The notes under the pieces are model-generated. The model did not search any database and was not told the origin of the DNA. It saw nothing but the letters and a program-made list of their open reading frames with translations. Shown here one piece after another: positions 26,774-36,378 of a DNA stretch of 55,917 bases. The stretch comes from a virus. Taxonomy: Duplodnaviria; Caudoviricetes. The DNA lies in the IMG/VR virus record IMGVR_UViG_3300037424_001329, positions 1 through 55,917 of that record. One strand, 5' to 3'. Position 1 is the first letter of the stretch, and every line of letters starts with the position of its first letter. A program made the translations under genes and the position numbers.

Positions 26774-27504
26774 TGCGCCAGAAACAGAGCACTAAACCCG
26801 ATAATGCGCAAAATATGGGGCACAAGGGCGTCAAGGAGCGCCCTATCCTATTCAGCTCCCCCATGGTCACCGCGATCCTGGACGGCTCAAAAACGCAGAC
26901 GCGCCGGATCATCAAGCCGCAGCCGCCAGAGATGCCGAAAGCTGATTGCCATCCGCAACACCAGGCGATGCATCCCGCGCCGTACCTCGATGTTTATTGC
27001 AGCGGCAAGCATACTGAGAAAAACCCGCGCGGCATGGGCCAGGAGTGGCTCTGGTGGCAGGTGGATGACCGGGCTTGTGATCCACGGTTCAAATGTCCGT
27101 TTGGAGTTCAGGGAGACCTGCTTTGGGTCCGAGAGAAGTGGGCGCCAGTTGCGGATGCCCTTTCAGAATGCACAGGGCCGGATGACATCTATTTCGCCGC
27201 GACCGCAGGAGAGGCTGAATATGCGCTGACCACTTGGCGCCCGTCGATCCACATGCCGCGTTGGGCTTCCCGCATCCTCCTGGAGATCACTGACATCCGC
27301 ATCGAGCGGTTGCAGGACATCAGCAAAGCGGACGTGATCGCTGAGGGCATAACCGAACGCGACGGGCAACCCATCGAGGATGTCGCCGCTGGGTGGCACG
27401 AGCCATACGCTCAACTATGGGAATCCATCCACGGCGTCGATAGCTGGGAATCGAATCCGTTCATCTGGGCAATCAGCTTCAGAGACATCAGCGAGGAAAG
27501 ATGA
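26773..27504 (+). CDS. phage ASCH/PUA-like conserved protein
   Basis: 'ERPILFSSPMVTAILDGSKTQTRR', 'GDLLWVRE', 'WRPSIHMPRWASRILLEIT', 'NPFIWAISF'. Confidence 0.8.
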   Translation: MRQKQSTKPDNAQNMGHKGVKERPILFSSPMVTAILDGSKTQTRRIIKPQPPEMPKADCHPQHQAMHPAPYLDVYCSGKHTEKNPRGMGQEWLWWQVDDRACDPRFKCPFGVQGDLLWVREKWAPVADALSECTGPDDIYFAATAGEAEYALTTWRPSIHMPRWASRILLEITDIRIERLQDISKADVIAEGITERDGQPIEDVAAGWHEPYAQLWESIHGVDSWESNPFIWAISFRDISEER

Positions 27505-27558
27505 CGCAGGACAAAATCGAGATGATGCCGGTCCCGCCTCAGCCAGAAGGAGAAGACT

Positions 27559-27996
27559 ATGTCTGAAATTACCACTCACGACCTGGAAAACGATCTCTAC
27601 ATCCCCTGCGACATCTGCCGGGGCAGCCGGATGATCAGGCTCCCTGTCTACCATCAGCTTATCTTTCGCACCCCGGACACCATCCCAGCACCGGCCGAGT
27701 CCTCCCGCGAGTACCCATGCCCGGCGTGCGGAGAAAGTGTCCCAGTCAGCACGCTAACCTCTGCCAGGCTCGTGTCGCACGTTGCCTCTGACTGGATGAG
27801 AGCCGCGATACGAGGCAAGGAAATTCACGGCTGGAAGCGTGTCGCCATCCTGGCGTTCATCTGGCCGCTACTTTTCCCGCCCATGGCGCTGGCGGGCTGC
27901 GCGGTCAAGCTGTTCTCAGGCCGCTGGCCGGCCTGGTTCGATATGGTTCCGAGGGAAAGAAAAGATCATGACCATCAAAGCGCGCCCCCTAAGTGA
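27559..27996 (+). CDS. hypothetical Zn-ribbon/membrane protein
   Basis: CDIC and CPAC motifs, then a hydrophobic helix; AAGGAG RBS. Confidence 0.5.
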   Translation: MSEITTHDLENDLYIPCDICRGSRMIRLPVYHQLIFRTPDTIPAPAESSREYPCPACGESVPVSTLTSARLVSHVASDWMRAAIRGKEIHGWKRVAILAFIWPLLFPPMALAGCAVKLFSGRWPAWFDMVPRERKDHDHQSAPPK

Positions 27997-28216
27997 ATGG
28001 TCCGAGGAGGACGGAGATGTCCTCTGGTGGAAGTTCCCCATCGACGAGCCACCCTACTGCGGGTCTCCTCTCGACTGCGGTTTCGTGGTTGAGGTCTTGA
28101 CGCACGTCAGAACTTTCACCGGAGAGAACGTGGCCCCGATCTTCCGGCAGCACGCCGGCGGCTGGCCTGGATATCACACGCATTGGACGCCACTTGAAGT
28201 ACCGGAGGAACCATGA
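27968..28216 (+). CDS. conserved phage hypothetical protein
   Basis: '[27 protein letters not shown]...[11 protein letters not shown]'. Confidence 0.7.
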   Translation: MTIKARPLSEWSEEDGDVLWWKFPIDEPPYCGSPLDCGFVVEVLTHVRTFTGENVAPIFRQHAGGWPGYHTHWTPLEVPEEP

Positions 28217-28620
28217 CTTCAAAATACAAACCAATACTGTGCATAGACTTTGACGGCACCATTCACAGATACAGCCGCGGCTGGCAGGACGGGACCATCT
28301 ACGACGATGTCGTCCCTGGGTTCTTCGAATGGGCTCTCGAAGCGACGGAGCACTTCAGGCTGGTGATCTACTCGTCCTGGTCGAAAACGCCTGAGGGCAT
28401 AGAGGAGATGAGCCGGTGGCTCCATGCGCAGCGCTGGAAGTGGCGGGGCTCTCATGGAATTCCAGATTTTGGCGAGCCCCTCGGCTTCGAGTTCGCCAGC
28501 GAGAAGCCGCCGGCCTTCCTGACCATCGACGACCGCGCCATCGGCTTCACCGGAAGCTGGGAAGACCCCGCACTGTCGGCGGAGCAGATGCTGAAGTTCA
28601 AGCCCTGGAACCAGAAATGA
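28213..28620 (+). CDS. HAD-superfamily phosphatase
   Basis: DFDGT motif I and '[12 protein letters not shown]' motifs III/IV. Confidence 0.8.
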   Translation: MTSKYKPILCIDFDGTIHRYSRGWQDGTIYDDVVPGFFEWALEATEHFRLVIYSSWSKTPEGIEEMSRWLHAQRWKWRGSHGIPDFGEPLGFEFASEKPPAFLTIDDRAIGFTGSWEDPALSAEQMLKFKPWNQK

Positions 28621-28832
28621 CCAGCTCCGATAATATCGTTAAGCTCAGCGAGAAGCGCGCCCCGGTTTGCTACACCGTGCACATTGTGCATCACCACGAT
28701 GGCAGACTGGAATTTTACGCTGAGGACGTGGAGGACGACGAGCGCTCCAGAAAGTCCGTGGCATGGGCCTGCCAGCAGGCGGCTGATGCATTCGGGGACC
28801 CCGCCAATAAACCAGTGAGGTATTCCACATGA
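28617..28832 (+). CDS. hypothetical protein
   Basis: ATGA-coupled on both sides. Confidence 0.55.
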   Translation: MTSSDNIVKLSEKRAPVCYTVHIVHHHDGRLEFYAEDVEDDERSRKSVAWACQQAADAFGDPANKPVRYST

Positions 28833-29218
28833 CCGCCATCCGCTCTCTGCGCATGCTCAACACAGCCGGCCACATGACGATCATCTGGCCGCCTGAATCC
28901 GACGACGCCATGGAGGCGATCATTCAGCGGAAGATGGACGCTGGTGTGATGTTTTACATGTTGGAGCCGGTTGCCGGCGGGTTGGCCGCGCCGCGCGAGA
29001 CGGGACTCATCCGGCCTATGGACGCGCGCCACCGCCGGGCGCTTGCCATCCACGATGAGGACCTGGCGAAGTTCGTCGGCGACGGCCTCGGCGAGGCGAC
29101 GCTTACGCCGTCAGTGCCGGAACCTGCCGCCAAGAAGCCCGCCAGGAAGGCCCGGACGGCCAAAGAGGTCGCCGCCGCCCCCAATGCCGTAGGTGTCAGC
29201 CCGAGGCGCGGCGGCTGA
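28829..29218 (+). CDS. hypothetical protein ending in RRGG
   Basis: 129 aa; C-terminal di-glycine; TGATG-coupled to the next gene. Confidence 0.65.
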   Translation: MTAIRSLRMLNTAGHMTIIWPPESDDAMEAIIQRKMDAGVMFYMLEPVAGGLAAPRETGLIRPMDARHRRALAIHDEDLAKFVGDGLGEATLTPSVPEPAAKKPARKARTAKEVAAAPNAVGVSPRRGG

Positions 29219-30486
29219 TGCTGAAGCCCCAGAGCACCGAGCTGCCGCACGAGGTCGAGTATGCGCTGGATGTCGCGGTAGATGGCTGTGAGATCGACGC
29301 CGGCACTCGTATCGTGCTCGTCGTCTACGGAGATCGCCGTAGGGTCAGCGGCATTATCAACAACGACGACGCTGACATCGGTGCCATCACGGTCCCGCTG
29401 CCGGATGAATCTCATCGAAGGATCGTGCTGGACCGGCGCGGGATAGCGCGGGCGTGCATCGCATACGCCAACGAGCTGCTCGGCCAGCTCAAGGATGAGC
29501 ACAAGATCGCCGCTGGCGACCTGGCTGTATCGCAGGTGGTTCACAAGGTGCGTGATATGGCGTGGACATTCAACTATTGGGCTATCACCGACCTCTGCGA
29601 GGGCGGCGCCATGCTGCCGTTCCGGACGCGGGGAAGCGGCAGGACAATGCTTGATGGCCTGTGGGGAGATGAACGCCCCACGCCGAAGACGCTCCGGCGC
29701 CTGCACGGCAGGAAGTGGATACGCCGCTACGTCAGCCGGGCGCACGAGGCGCACGATATGCGCTACCTGCTCTCTGTCGCAGCAAGCCGGGCTTGCCCAG
29801 GGGCATCCGCCTCTGCGGTTTCTGCATCTGCCGGTATATTCGATGCGGCCTACGCCGAGCACCGGCGCCGGTTCTACGCAGCATCCCGGCGCGGCTGGTC
29901 TGCGATGCTTGGAGACGCGGCGCGCGGCAGGCAGAGCCCGGCCGCACAGCAAGAGGCTCGCAAAGTCGCCAAGCGGAGCGCGGCTTTCGCGGCCAGCGTC
30001 GTCGGCGCTGGAGAGGTCAGCAAATTCATCCGGGGGGAAGATGTGTTCCTGGAGGGCGATACCGTCACGCTGAAGGTGGGGAAGCGCGCCAGCCTCCTGG
30101 CGGGAAGTACCGGATCGCACGCCCTTGAGGTCTCCGTGGCCGACAAGCAGACGCGCCAGGACCTGGCCAGCCTCTGCGTCTATATGAAGGGCGCGCCGCC
30201 GCTCGATCAGCTCGCCGGCTTCGCACTGGCCATGCAGGCCGGGGAGGAATCAGCTATCCTCGCGGATGCGAACATTATCCAGGTAACGGCCGCCGGCGCC
30301 GCACATCCAAGCTTGGCTGGGCGCCACAGCCAGCGTGACCAAGACGGATTTCCTCGAATCCGCCGAGTGCGCATGCAGCCGAAAGAGCACCGCAACCGGG
30401 AACATTGGGATGCCACAAAGGAGATTTGGATGGACGAGCTCGGAACTTTCGTCTTCGGCCCGTCCTGGAGGAGGATCAGCGCATGA
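29218..30486 (+). CDS. hypothetical protein
   Basis: 422 aa; C-terminal 'LCVY..GAPPLDQL...L....E..IL..AN' motif. Confidence 0.65.
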   Translation: MLKPQSTELPHEVEYALDVAVDGCEIDAGTRIVLVVYGDRRRVSGIINNDDADIGAITVPLPDESHRRIVLDRRGIARACIAYANELLGQLKDEHKIAAGDLAVSQVVHKVRDMAWTFNYWAITDLCEGGAMLPFRTRGSGRTMLDGLWGDERPTPKTLRRLHGRKWIRRYVSRAHEAHDMRYLLSVAASRACPGASASAVSASAGIFDAAYAEHRRRFYAASRRGWSAMLGDAARGRQSPAAQQEARKVAKRSAAFAASVVGAGEVSKFIRGEDVFLEGDTVTLKVGKRASLLAGSTGSHALEVSVADKQTRQDLASLCVYMKGAPPLDQLAGFALAMQAGEESAILADANIIQVTAAGAAHPSLAGRHSQRDQDGFPRIRRVRMQPKEHRNREHWDATKEIWMDELGTFVFGPSWRRISA

Positions 30487-30749
30487 CGCACGCACAAAAA
30501 CGGGCACTGAAGTGGTTGCAAAACCGGAATGGGGGCGGATACTTCGGCAAGGACAACGTCTTCGTCGCTGGCGGGGATCGGGCACCCGTGATGCGCGCGA
30601 CGTGGAACTCGCTATCAAAACTATTCCTTGTGGAATTTTACCATGGGAAACGTCGCATGAGGCTGACGGAAGCGGGCCGCACCTTCGATACGGCCGGCGT
30701 CCAAGAGAGCGAAGGCCAAGAGGCCGAGGATGAAAGCTGGTGGCCGTGA
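30483..30749 (+). CDS. small winged-helix-like protein
   Basis: 'MTHAQKRALKWL...TWNSL...LV...RLTEAG'. Confidence 0.55.
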   Translation: MTHAQKRALKWLQNRNGGGYFGKDNVFVAGGDRAPVMRATWNSLSKLFLVEFYHGKRRMRLTEAGRTFDTAGVQESEGQEAEDESWWP

Positions 30750-31207
30750 GCGATCCAGAACTCAAGAACTGTCCCTTCTGCGGAGATACGCCTGCTAAGC
30801 CGGAATTGTATCAGGATCAATACGGGTATTGGGTTGTTGGCCATGGTCCTTGTGGCACGCACAGCGGAACGTTACCGGCAAACTCCGATCACTTCCCGAA
30901 CGCAAGAGAGAGAATTATAGCATCATGGAACCGCCGCGCGTCCGCATGGCGGCCGATATCAGAGGTTCCAGAAGAAATTAAGAAGGACAGCACCCGCATC
31001 ATCGTTTGCGTCACCGATTCTGACGGCGAGCACACGCCCGTTGTCGGCGAAGCTCTATGGCATTGGGACACCATAGAGCAGAAAGATGGCGCTTGGTATT
31101 GGGCTGGAACGTATCCAGGAGGGTACAACGATCCAATCGTTGATATGAATTTTGGTGCACCAACGCAGTGGATGCCTCTTCCAGAACCGCCGGAGACACC
31201 GAAATGA
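30746..31207 (+). CDS. Lar-like restriction-alleviation domain fused to a DUF551-like domain
   Basis: 'LKNCPFCG...IASWNRRA' plus 'WRPISEVP...PTQWMPLPEPP'. Confidence 0.7.
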   Translation: MSDPELKNCPFCGDTPAKPELYQDQYGYWVVGHGPCGTHSGTLPANSDHFPNARERIIASWNRRASAWRPISEVPEEIKKDSTRIIVCVTDSDGEHTPVVGEALWHWDTIEQKDGAWYWAGTYPGGYNDPIVDMNFGAPTQWMPLPEPPETPK

Positions 31208-32440
31208 ACAACGCCATCATCACCCTTTTCAGGCTGCTGACAGGCGTCCTGTCCATCTTTCTGGGCTTGGGGATTATGGCAGCAGACAACCCCATTTTTG
31301 GGCAGGTCATTGGCGCTGTCGTATTCGCCCACGGCAGCTGCGGGGTTCAGGAACTTGTACAGGAGTGGAAATGGACCCCATAGGCTTAGCGATAATCGGC
31401 ATCAGCGCTGTGCTATCGGCGCCGGCCGCGTTGTCCTCAACGGCGCGCTGGCTTGGAGCAAACTCGCAGCAGCGCGAATATGAAAGGGAAGCCAGCGCAT
31501 GGGAAATGCGTGCGCGGAAACACTTTGGCACGGAGGAAAGCTAATGTCCTGCCCAATATGTGGAAAGTTTTTCTGCAAGTGCAGAAGCAAGCTCAGGGAT
31601 TTTTTCCCAGATGACTCCGGCCCTCCGCCCGACAATGTGACGGATATTGGCGACCAGCCTCCTCCTCCTCCGAAGAAGAAGCCGTGGTGGAAAAAATAGA
31701 TGGCGGCATTCACCAAGTGCGCCAACTCCGGCTGCCCCAGGGCCTCGGAGTGCTACATGCGCACGGCGCCTGATACGCCGGGCTGGCAGTCATGGTTCTT
31801 TTACGAGCTGGACGCGACCGGGCATTGCGAATCGTTTACGAAGGACGACAGGGAGAATCGAGATGGCGGAGAAAGTCATACCCATGCGGAATCCGTACCA
31901 GCAAAGGGACATCGCAGCCCTTGAGGCGCTGTTGACCAGACTCCTGGAGGAGCGGTCGGCCGGCCGGATAGAGAACCTGGCCGAGAAGGAGGCCGCCGCC
32001 GAGCGGATGGTCACTCTGATCGAGGCCTGCAGCAGAACGGAACGGCGTTCGAAAACCGCGATCGGCGTGGCCGCCGGAACCTTCGCCGCCGTCTGCGTCC
32101 TTTCCTTCGCCGCGGGGCTGTGGCTTGGGTTGCCGGCATGACAGCAGCCATGACCAGATACTCCCCAGGGGAGATCGTCTCCGCGGTGAAATCGCTGGAG
32201 ACGTCGGACCCGCACACAATCCGCATCCTTGCCACCATGATCGCCGGCGCCATCATATCCGGCGAGCTGCCGCTGACCGGCGGCAACCTGGTTCTGGACA
32301 TCCTCGGCCGGCCGCGCGTCGAGGTGGCGCCGCCCCAAGAAGAGAACCGCCTGGGCGCGCACTCGTGCCCGGACTGGGACCACGTAATGATTGAACCCGG
32401 CACCCCGGAGTGGGGTGTCTGCTGCTGCGAGGGTAAATGA
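31204..32440 (+). other. run of six small overlapping hypothetical CDSs (31204-31383, 31371-31544, 31544-31699, 31700-31924, 31863-32141, 32138-32440)
   Basis: Tightly coupled starts and stops; several are hydrophobic or Cys-rich. Confidence 0.5.
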
Positions 32441-33102
32441 GCTTTGGATTCATGGATCGGCCCACAAAGGCCAGGCAGATCACGAAAGGCGAGACCCCCA
32501 CCTACGAGGTCGGCCGGCACACCGTCACGGTCCACCCTGACGGGTCGCTGACTTATTCCTCCAATTCGTACCGTAGCGCTGACCCGCGCAAGACGTTTCC
32601 CAACATGGAGGTGACGGACGGCAAGCTGGAAATTCCGATCGAGGACATGGTGGACCTCATCCTCACGCGGATTGACCCCGTAGAGCTGGCCGAAAGCCTT
32701 TGGTCCCACGAGGATGTCAGAGCCGCCTTCATCGAGACATTCACAGATCACTACCGCGGCGTCTTCACCCCTGCCGAGCGGCGCGCCTTCCTGTCCGAAG
32801 TGAAGGAGGCCATACATTCCCCGCGCCTGGACGAACTCGCCAACTCCATGCGGGACATGGAGCATAATCTGTCCATCAGGTTCCAGTACTGGCAACAGGT
32901 TGAGAACGCCAATCGGATACTGCGGGACCTGGACGTTAACATGCCGAGTGGCTCCCCCATGCAGCTGCAAAATTTGGAGCGGAGCGGTGACTTAGAATTC
33001 GGCGGCACCTTGTGGAATGAGGCCAGAGACTGGTGGAGGGCCGAGATGCTAAAGCAGTTCCCCATACCGAAAGACGAAGAGGAGGACGACGTTGAGCGAT
33101 AA
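32437..33102 (+). CDS. hypothetical protein
   Basis: 221 aa; strong GC3 codon bias; ATGA-coupled. Confidence 0.7.
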   Translation: MSFGFMDRPTKARQITKGETPTYEVGRHTVTVHPDGSLTYSSNSYRSADPRKTFPNMEVTDGKLEIPIEDMVDLILTRIDPVELAESLWSHEDVRAAFIETFTDHYRGVFTPAERRAFLSEVKEAIHSPRLDELANSMRDMEHNLSIRFQYWQQVENANRILRDLDVNMPSGSPMQLQNLERSGDLEFGGTLWNEARDWWRAEMLKQFPIPKDEEEDDVER

Positions 33103-33334
33103 CACGGACGTGAAACATGCGGGCACCGAGGCCGCCGCCATGCCGGACATTGAGATCAAGGATGGCGTCATCCACATCCGCAATCCCCAGCCCATGCTGG
33201 ACGGGACTTTCCGTGAGTTCACGTTCGGCCTGGAACAAATTCAGGGGCTTGACCTGCCAGCTATACTTGAGACGGACGAGTCTCAGGAGAGCGCGCATGG
33301 CGAAGAAAAAGCCGACGGGGAAGCAGAAGGCTAA
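33092..33334 (+). CDS. small acidic hypothetical protein
   Basis: GGAGG RBS; fills the gap between neighbours. Confidence 0.5.
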   Translation: MSDNTDVKHAGTEAAAMPDIEIKDGVIHIRNPQPMLDGTFREFTFGLEQIQGLDLPAILETDESQESAHGEEKADGEAEG

Positions 33335-33482
33335 AGTGACGAAAGTCATGGGCGAATTTGGCAAGGGCAAGCTTCACAGCGGCTCTGCCAAAGGCCCCGT
33401 GGTCAGAAGTCAGAAGCAGGCCGTGGCCATCGCCATGAGCGATGCCGGCATCAAGGCGAAGAAGCGCGGGGGCAAAAAGTGA
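33297..33482 (+). CDS. DUF6496-like small basic protein
   Basis: 'KVTKVMGEFGKGKLHSGS....VRSQKQAVAIAMSDA'. Confidence 0.75.
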   Translation: MAKKKPTGKQKAKVTKVMGEFGKGKLHSGSAKGPVVRSQKQAVAIAMSDAGIKAKKRGGKK

Positions 33483-33799
33483 GCGGCCAGCCTGACCCGC
33501 GCTGCAAGATCGGCCGCATCATCCTGCGCGGCGGCGCCGAGCTGAGGGTGTACCAGAACCACTCCCCATTCCTGAGCGCACCCATGCGGCGGGACCTCCT
33601 GCGCAACGCAAAAGAGATCCACGACGGCATCATGGATATGGCCGGGTTCGTTATCGTGGCCTGGGCCAGAAGCGGCACGTACCTGCGCGCCACCCGCGTC
33701 GGGAACGGAACAGTGGTCGGCGAGACCATGCTCCCGGCCTACGTCTCAAATATTCTTCAGCGTGACATCGGTAAGCCGAACGATTTCAACGAGGACTAG
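33479..33799 (+). CDS. hypothetical protein
   Basis: GTGA-coupled; 106 aa. Confidence 0.55.
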   Translation: MSGQPDPRCKIGRIILRGGAELRVYQNHSPFLSAPMRRDLLRNAKEIHDGIMDMAGFVIVAWARSGTYLRATRVGNGTVVGETMLPAYVSNILQRDIGKPNDFNED

Positions 33800-34023
33800 C
33801 GCTTCAGCCCCTTCGCTTTGAGGGTGTCCTCCGGCACGGATATGGTGCCGTCCGGGTGCACCTCGTACTCTTCTGGCGACAGCCAGGTCCACACTTCGCG
33901 TACCCGCCGCCCGCGCCGGCCTTTTTTTCCAGGCACAGGCTCAAGCGTACCGTTGGCGACGGCGATCGCCTTGCCGCAGTTGTGAACAATCTCAAATCCT
34001 TGCAGGTCAACGATCTTCGCCAT
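33796..34023 (-). CDS. phage hypothetical protein
   Basis: 'H...KAIAV...WTWL...TISVPE....KGL' pattern; divergent from terL. Confidence 0.55.
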   Translation of the reverse strand: MAKIVDLQGFEIVHNCGKAIAVANGTLEPVPGKKGRRGRRVREVWTWLSPEEYEVHPDGTISVPEDTLKAKGLKR

Positions 34024-34066
34024 GAGGCCGGAGTGTGGTTGATTCGTGCTCAACAGAAAAGAAGAA

Positions 34067-36151
34067 ATGGCAGACCCTGACGAGCTATCCGGGAACCTTG
34101 AGCCCATCATTGATGGCGTTCGCAAGCTTACAAAGAAGGAACGCGACAAGGCTATAAGTAATGTCTTGGCTCACAAGCAGAACACTGGAAGACTTTGGAC
34201 GCCGAATCCTGGTCCGCAGACTATGGCGTACTTCTCTGAAGCTGATGAGTTGTTCTTCGGTGGAGCCGCTGGCGGGGGAAAGACGGCGCTTATCTGTGGA
34301 CTTGCTGTAGACTGCCACAGACAGTCTCACATATTTCGCAGGCAGTCAACACAGATCAGGGGTATAGTACAAGAGATTGCAGCTATTATTGGAAATAAGG
34401 ATGGTCTTAACCAGCAACATGGAGTGTGGAACATTCCAAACGGAAACGTCATAGAATTAGCTGGTATTAAGGACGAGGACGACAAAGAAAAATGGCAAGG
34501 ACGAGCCGCTGACCTTAAATGTGTTGCCGCCGGAACCCAGGTGCTCATGGCGGATGGCGCTCTACACCCCGTAGAGACGGTATGCGCCGGAGACATGGTG
34601 GAGACGTTGAGCGGCCCCCGGCGCATCACCGCGACGTACAAGAAGGTGGACAGCGCCAGCAGGGTCAGCGCCAGCATCGGTGGCGAGCTTGTGGCACAGC
34701 AGGTGCAGGGCTCCAGCCACAAGCTCATGACGACGTATGGGTGGGAAGCGGGAAGCGGAAACCTGCTACTGTTCTCTCCTGGGCGTGGCACGAGAATCCA
34801 GTCATACACTCATCCGTACAGCTCAAGCATCTGCCCGAGTGATGCTCAGGTCGCCTGCGCCAGCCAATCCGTAGACCACCTCGGGGTGATGGAGCTGTAC
34901 GACCTGACGGTGGACGGCGCGAACCACTACATCACGGCCGGCGGGTTCATCAACAAAAACTGCTTCGACGAAATCACCTCATTCGCGGAATCCCAGTACC
35001 GCTACATCATCGGCTGGAACCGTTCTACTTACCCAGGGCAGCGATGCCGGACGGTGGCGACGGGGAACCCGCCCACTTCTGCGGAGGGCCTGTGGGTCAT
35101 CCGGTACTGGGGAGCCTGGCTGGATGAGAGGCACCCGAACCCGGCCAAGCCCGGCGAGCTGCGCTGGTACACGACGGTCGCTGGCGTCGACCAGGAGGTT
35201 GACGGCCCCGGTCCGCACAGCGTCAACGGCAAGCTGCTGCGCGCCCGCTCCCGCACGTTCATCCCGTCCCGCCTGGAAGACAATCCGGAGCTGATGGAAT
35301 CCAACTACGCAGCGGTACTGGAGAGCCTGCCGGAGGAGCTGCGCATCCGGCTCCGCGACGGCCACTTCGGCATGTCCATCTCCGATGACGAATTGCAGCT
35401 CATCCCTACGGACTGGGTGATCGCGGCGCAGGCGCGCTGGACGTCGAAGAAGCCAGAGGGCGTGTCCATGTCTGCCATGGGGGTGGATGTGGCATCGGGC
35501 GGCGGGGATCGCACGGCGATAGCCTGCCGGTACGGAACGTGGTTCGCCCCTATTGTCAGCAAGCCAGGGAAGGAAACCCCTGACGGCCCGTCGGTCGCCG
35601 CCGTGGTGATGATGACCATGCGGGACGGCTGCCACATCGTCCTGGATATGGGTGGCGGCTGGTCTGGCTCAGCTTACGACCACATGAAAGAGAACGAGTG
35701 GATGAACATCACGCCGCTCAACCCGCAGTGCGCATCGAACGGCAGGGCGCTGGGGTCCGGCTTGAATTTCAAGAACAAGCGCGCCGAGCTGTGGTGGCGG
35801 TTCCGTGAAGCCCTCGATCCGTCTGTCGACCCGGAATTTGCCATATCCCTTCCCCCGGACAACGACCTGCGCGCCGACCTGTGCTGCCCGAAGTGGAAGA
35901 ACACGACATCCGGCATCCAGGTGGAGGAGAAAGACGCCATCCGCCACCGGCTCGGCCGGTCCCCGGATTTCGGGGACGCGGTGCTCATGGCCTGGTACGG
36001 CGGCGCCGTAAAGGCATCCCAGCGAGGACGGCAGAAATTCCAGAGCTTGCCGCGCATGACGAATATGGACCGCCGGAACCAAGCCGGGATGTCCCGCGCC
36101 CGCCGCGTCCCCAATGAACGAACCCTAGAGCCAAGCGAAATGGGAGACTGA
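34067..36151 (+). CDS. terL: terminase large subunit containing an intein
   Basis: PNPGPQ, Walker A GGAAGGGKT, Walker B ADLK/CFDE split by the intein, ATGNP coupling motif, nuclease motifs 'GVDVA...D' and 'RSPDFGDA'. Confidence 0.92.
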   Translation: MADPDELSGNLEPIIDGVRKLTKKERDKAISNVLAHKQNTGRLWTPNPGPQTMAYFSEADELFFGGAAGGGKTALICGLAVDCHRQSHIFRRQSTQIRGIVQEIAAIIGNKDGLNQQHGVWNIPNGNVIELAGIKDEDDKEKWQGRAADLKCVAAGTQVLMADGALHPVETVCAGDMVETLSGPRRITATYKKVDSASRVSASIGGELVAQQVQGSSHKLMTTYGWEAGSGNLLLFSPGRGTRIQSYTHPYSSSICPSDAQVACASQSVDHLGVMELYDLTVDGANHYITAGGFINKNCFDEITSFAESQYRYIIGWNRSTYPGQRCRTVATGNPPTSAEGLWVIRYWGAWLDERHPNPAKPGELRWYTTVAGVDQEVDGPGPHSVNGKLLRARSRTFIPSRLEDNPELMESNYAAVLESLPEELRIRLRDGHFGMSISDDELQLIPTDWVIAAQARWTSKKPEGVSMSAMGVDVASGGGDRTAIACRYGTWFAPIVSKPGKETPDGPSVAAVVMMTMRDGCHIVLDMGGGWSGSAYDHMKENEWMNITPLNPQCASNGRALGSGLNFKNKRAELWWRFREALDPSVDPEFAISLPPDNDLRADLCCPKWKNTTSGIQVEEKDAIRHRLGRSPDFGDAVLMAWYGGAVKASQRGRQKFQSLPRMTNMDRRNQAGMSRARRVPNERTLEPSEMGD
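34520..34960 (+). mobile_element. mini-intein (147 aa) in TerL
   Basis: Starts CVAAGTQVLMADG, block-B-like 'GSSHKL', ends 'LYDLTVDGANHYITAGGFINKN' followed by +1 Cys. Confidence 0.9.
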
Positions 36152-36152
36152 A

Positions 36153-36368
36153 ATGAAGATGAAAGTCCCGTCCACGCCCACCCCGACTCCGTTGCCGGTG
36201 ATCGGCGCGGAAGAGCAGCAGGCCGCTGCCCAGAAGAAAATGGCCCAGGTGCTGGCGAGCGGCCGGAACACCACCACCAATAACATGGGGTTTTCCGGCT
36301 CCGCAGCAAACCCTGGCCTTCTTGGTACGGCGGGGAATCAAATCCGCTCTTCCGTTATGACCGGCTGA
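36153..36368 (+). CDS. small virion/tail-assembly protein
   Basis: Lies between terL and portal; Pro-rich start then a helix, as in T7 gp7.3-like positions. Confidence 0.55.
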   Translation: MKMKVPSTPTPTPLPVIGAEEQQAAAQKKMAQVLASGRNTTTNNMGFSGSAANPGLLGTAGNQIRSSVMTG

Positions 36369-36378
36369 GGCATCCACC

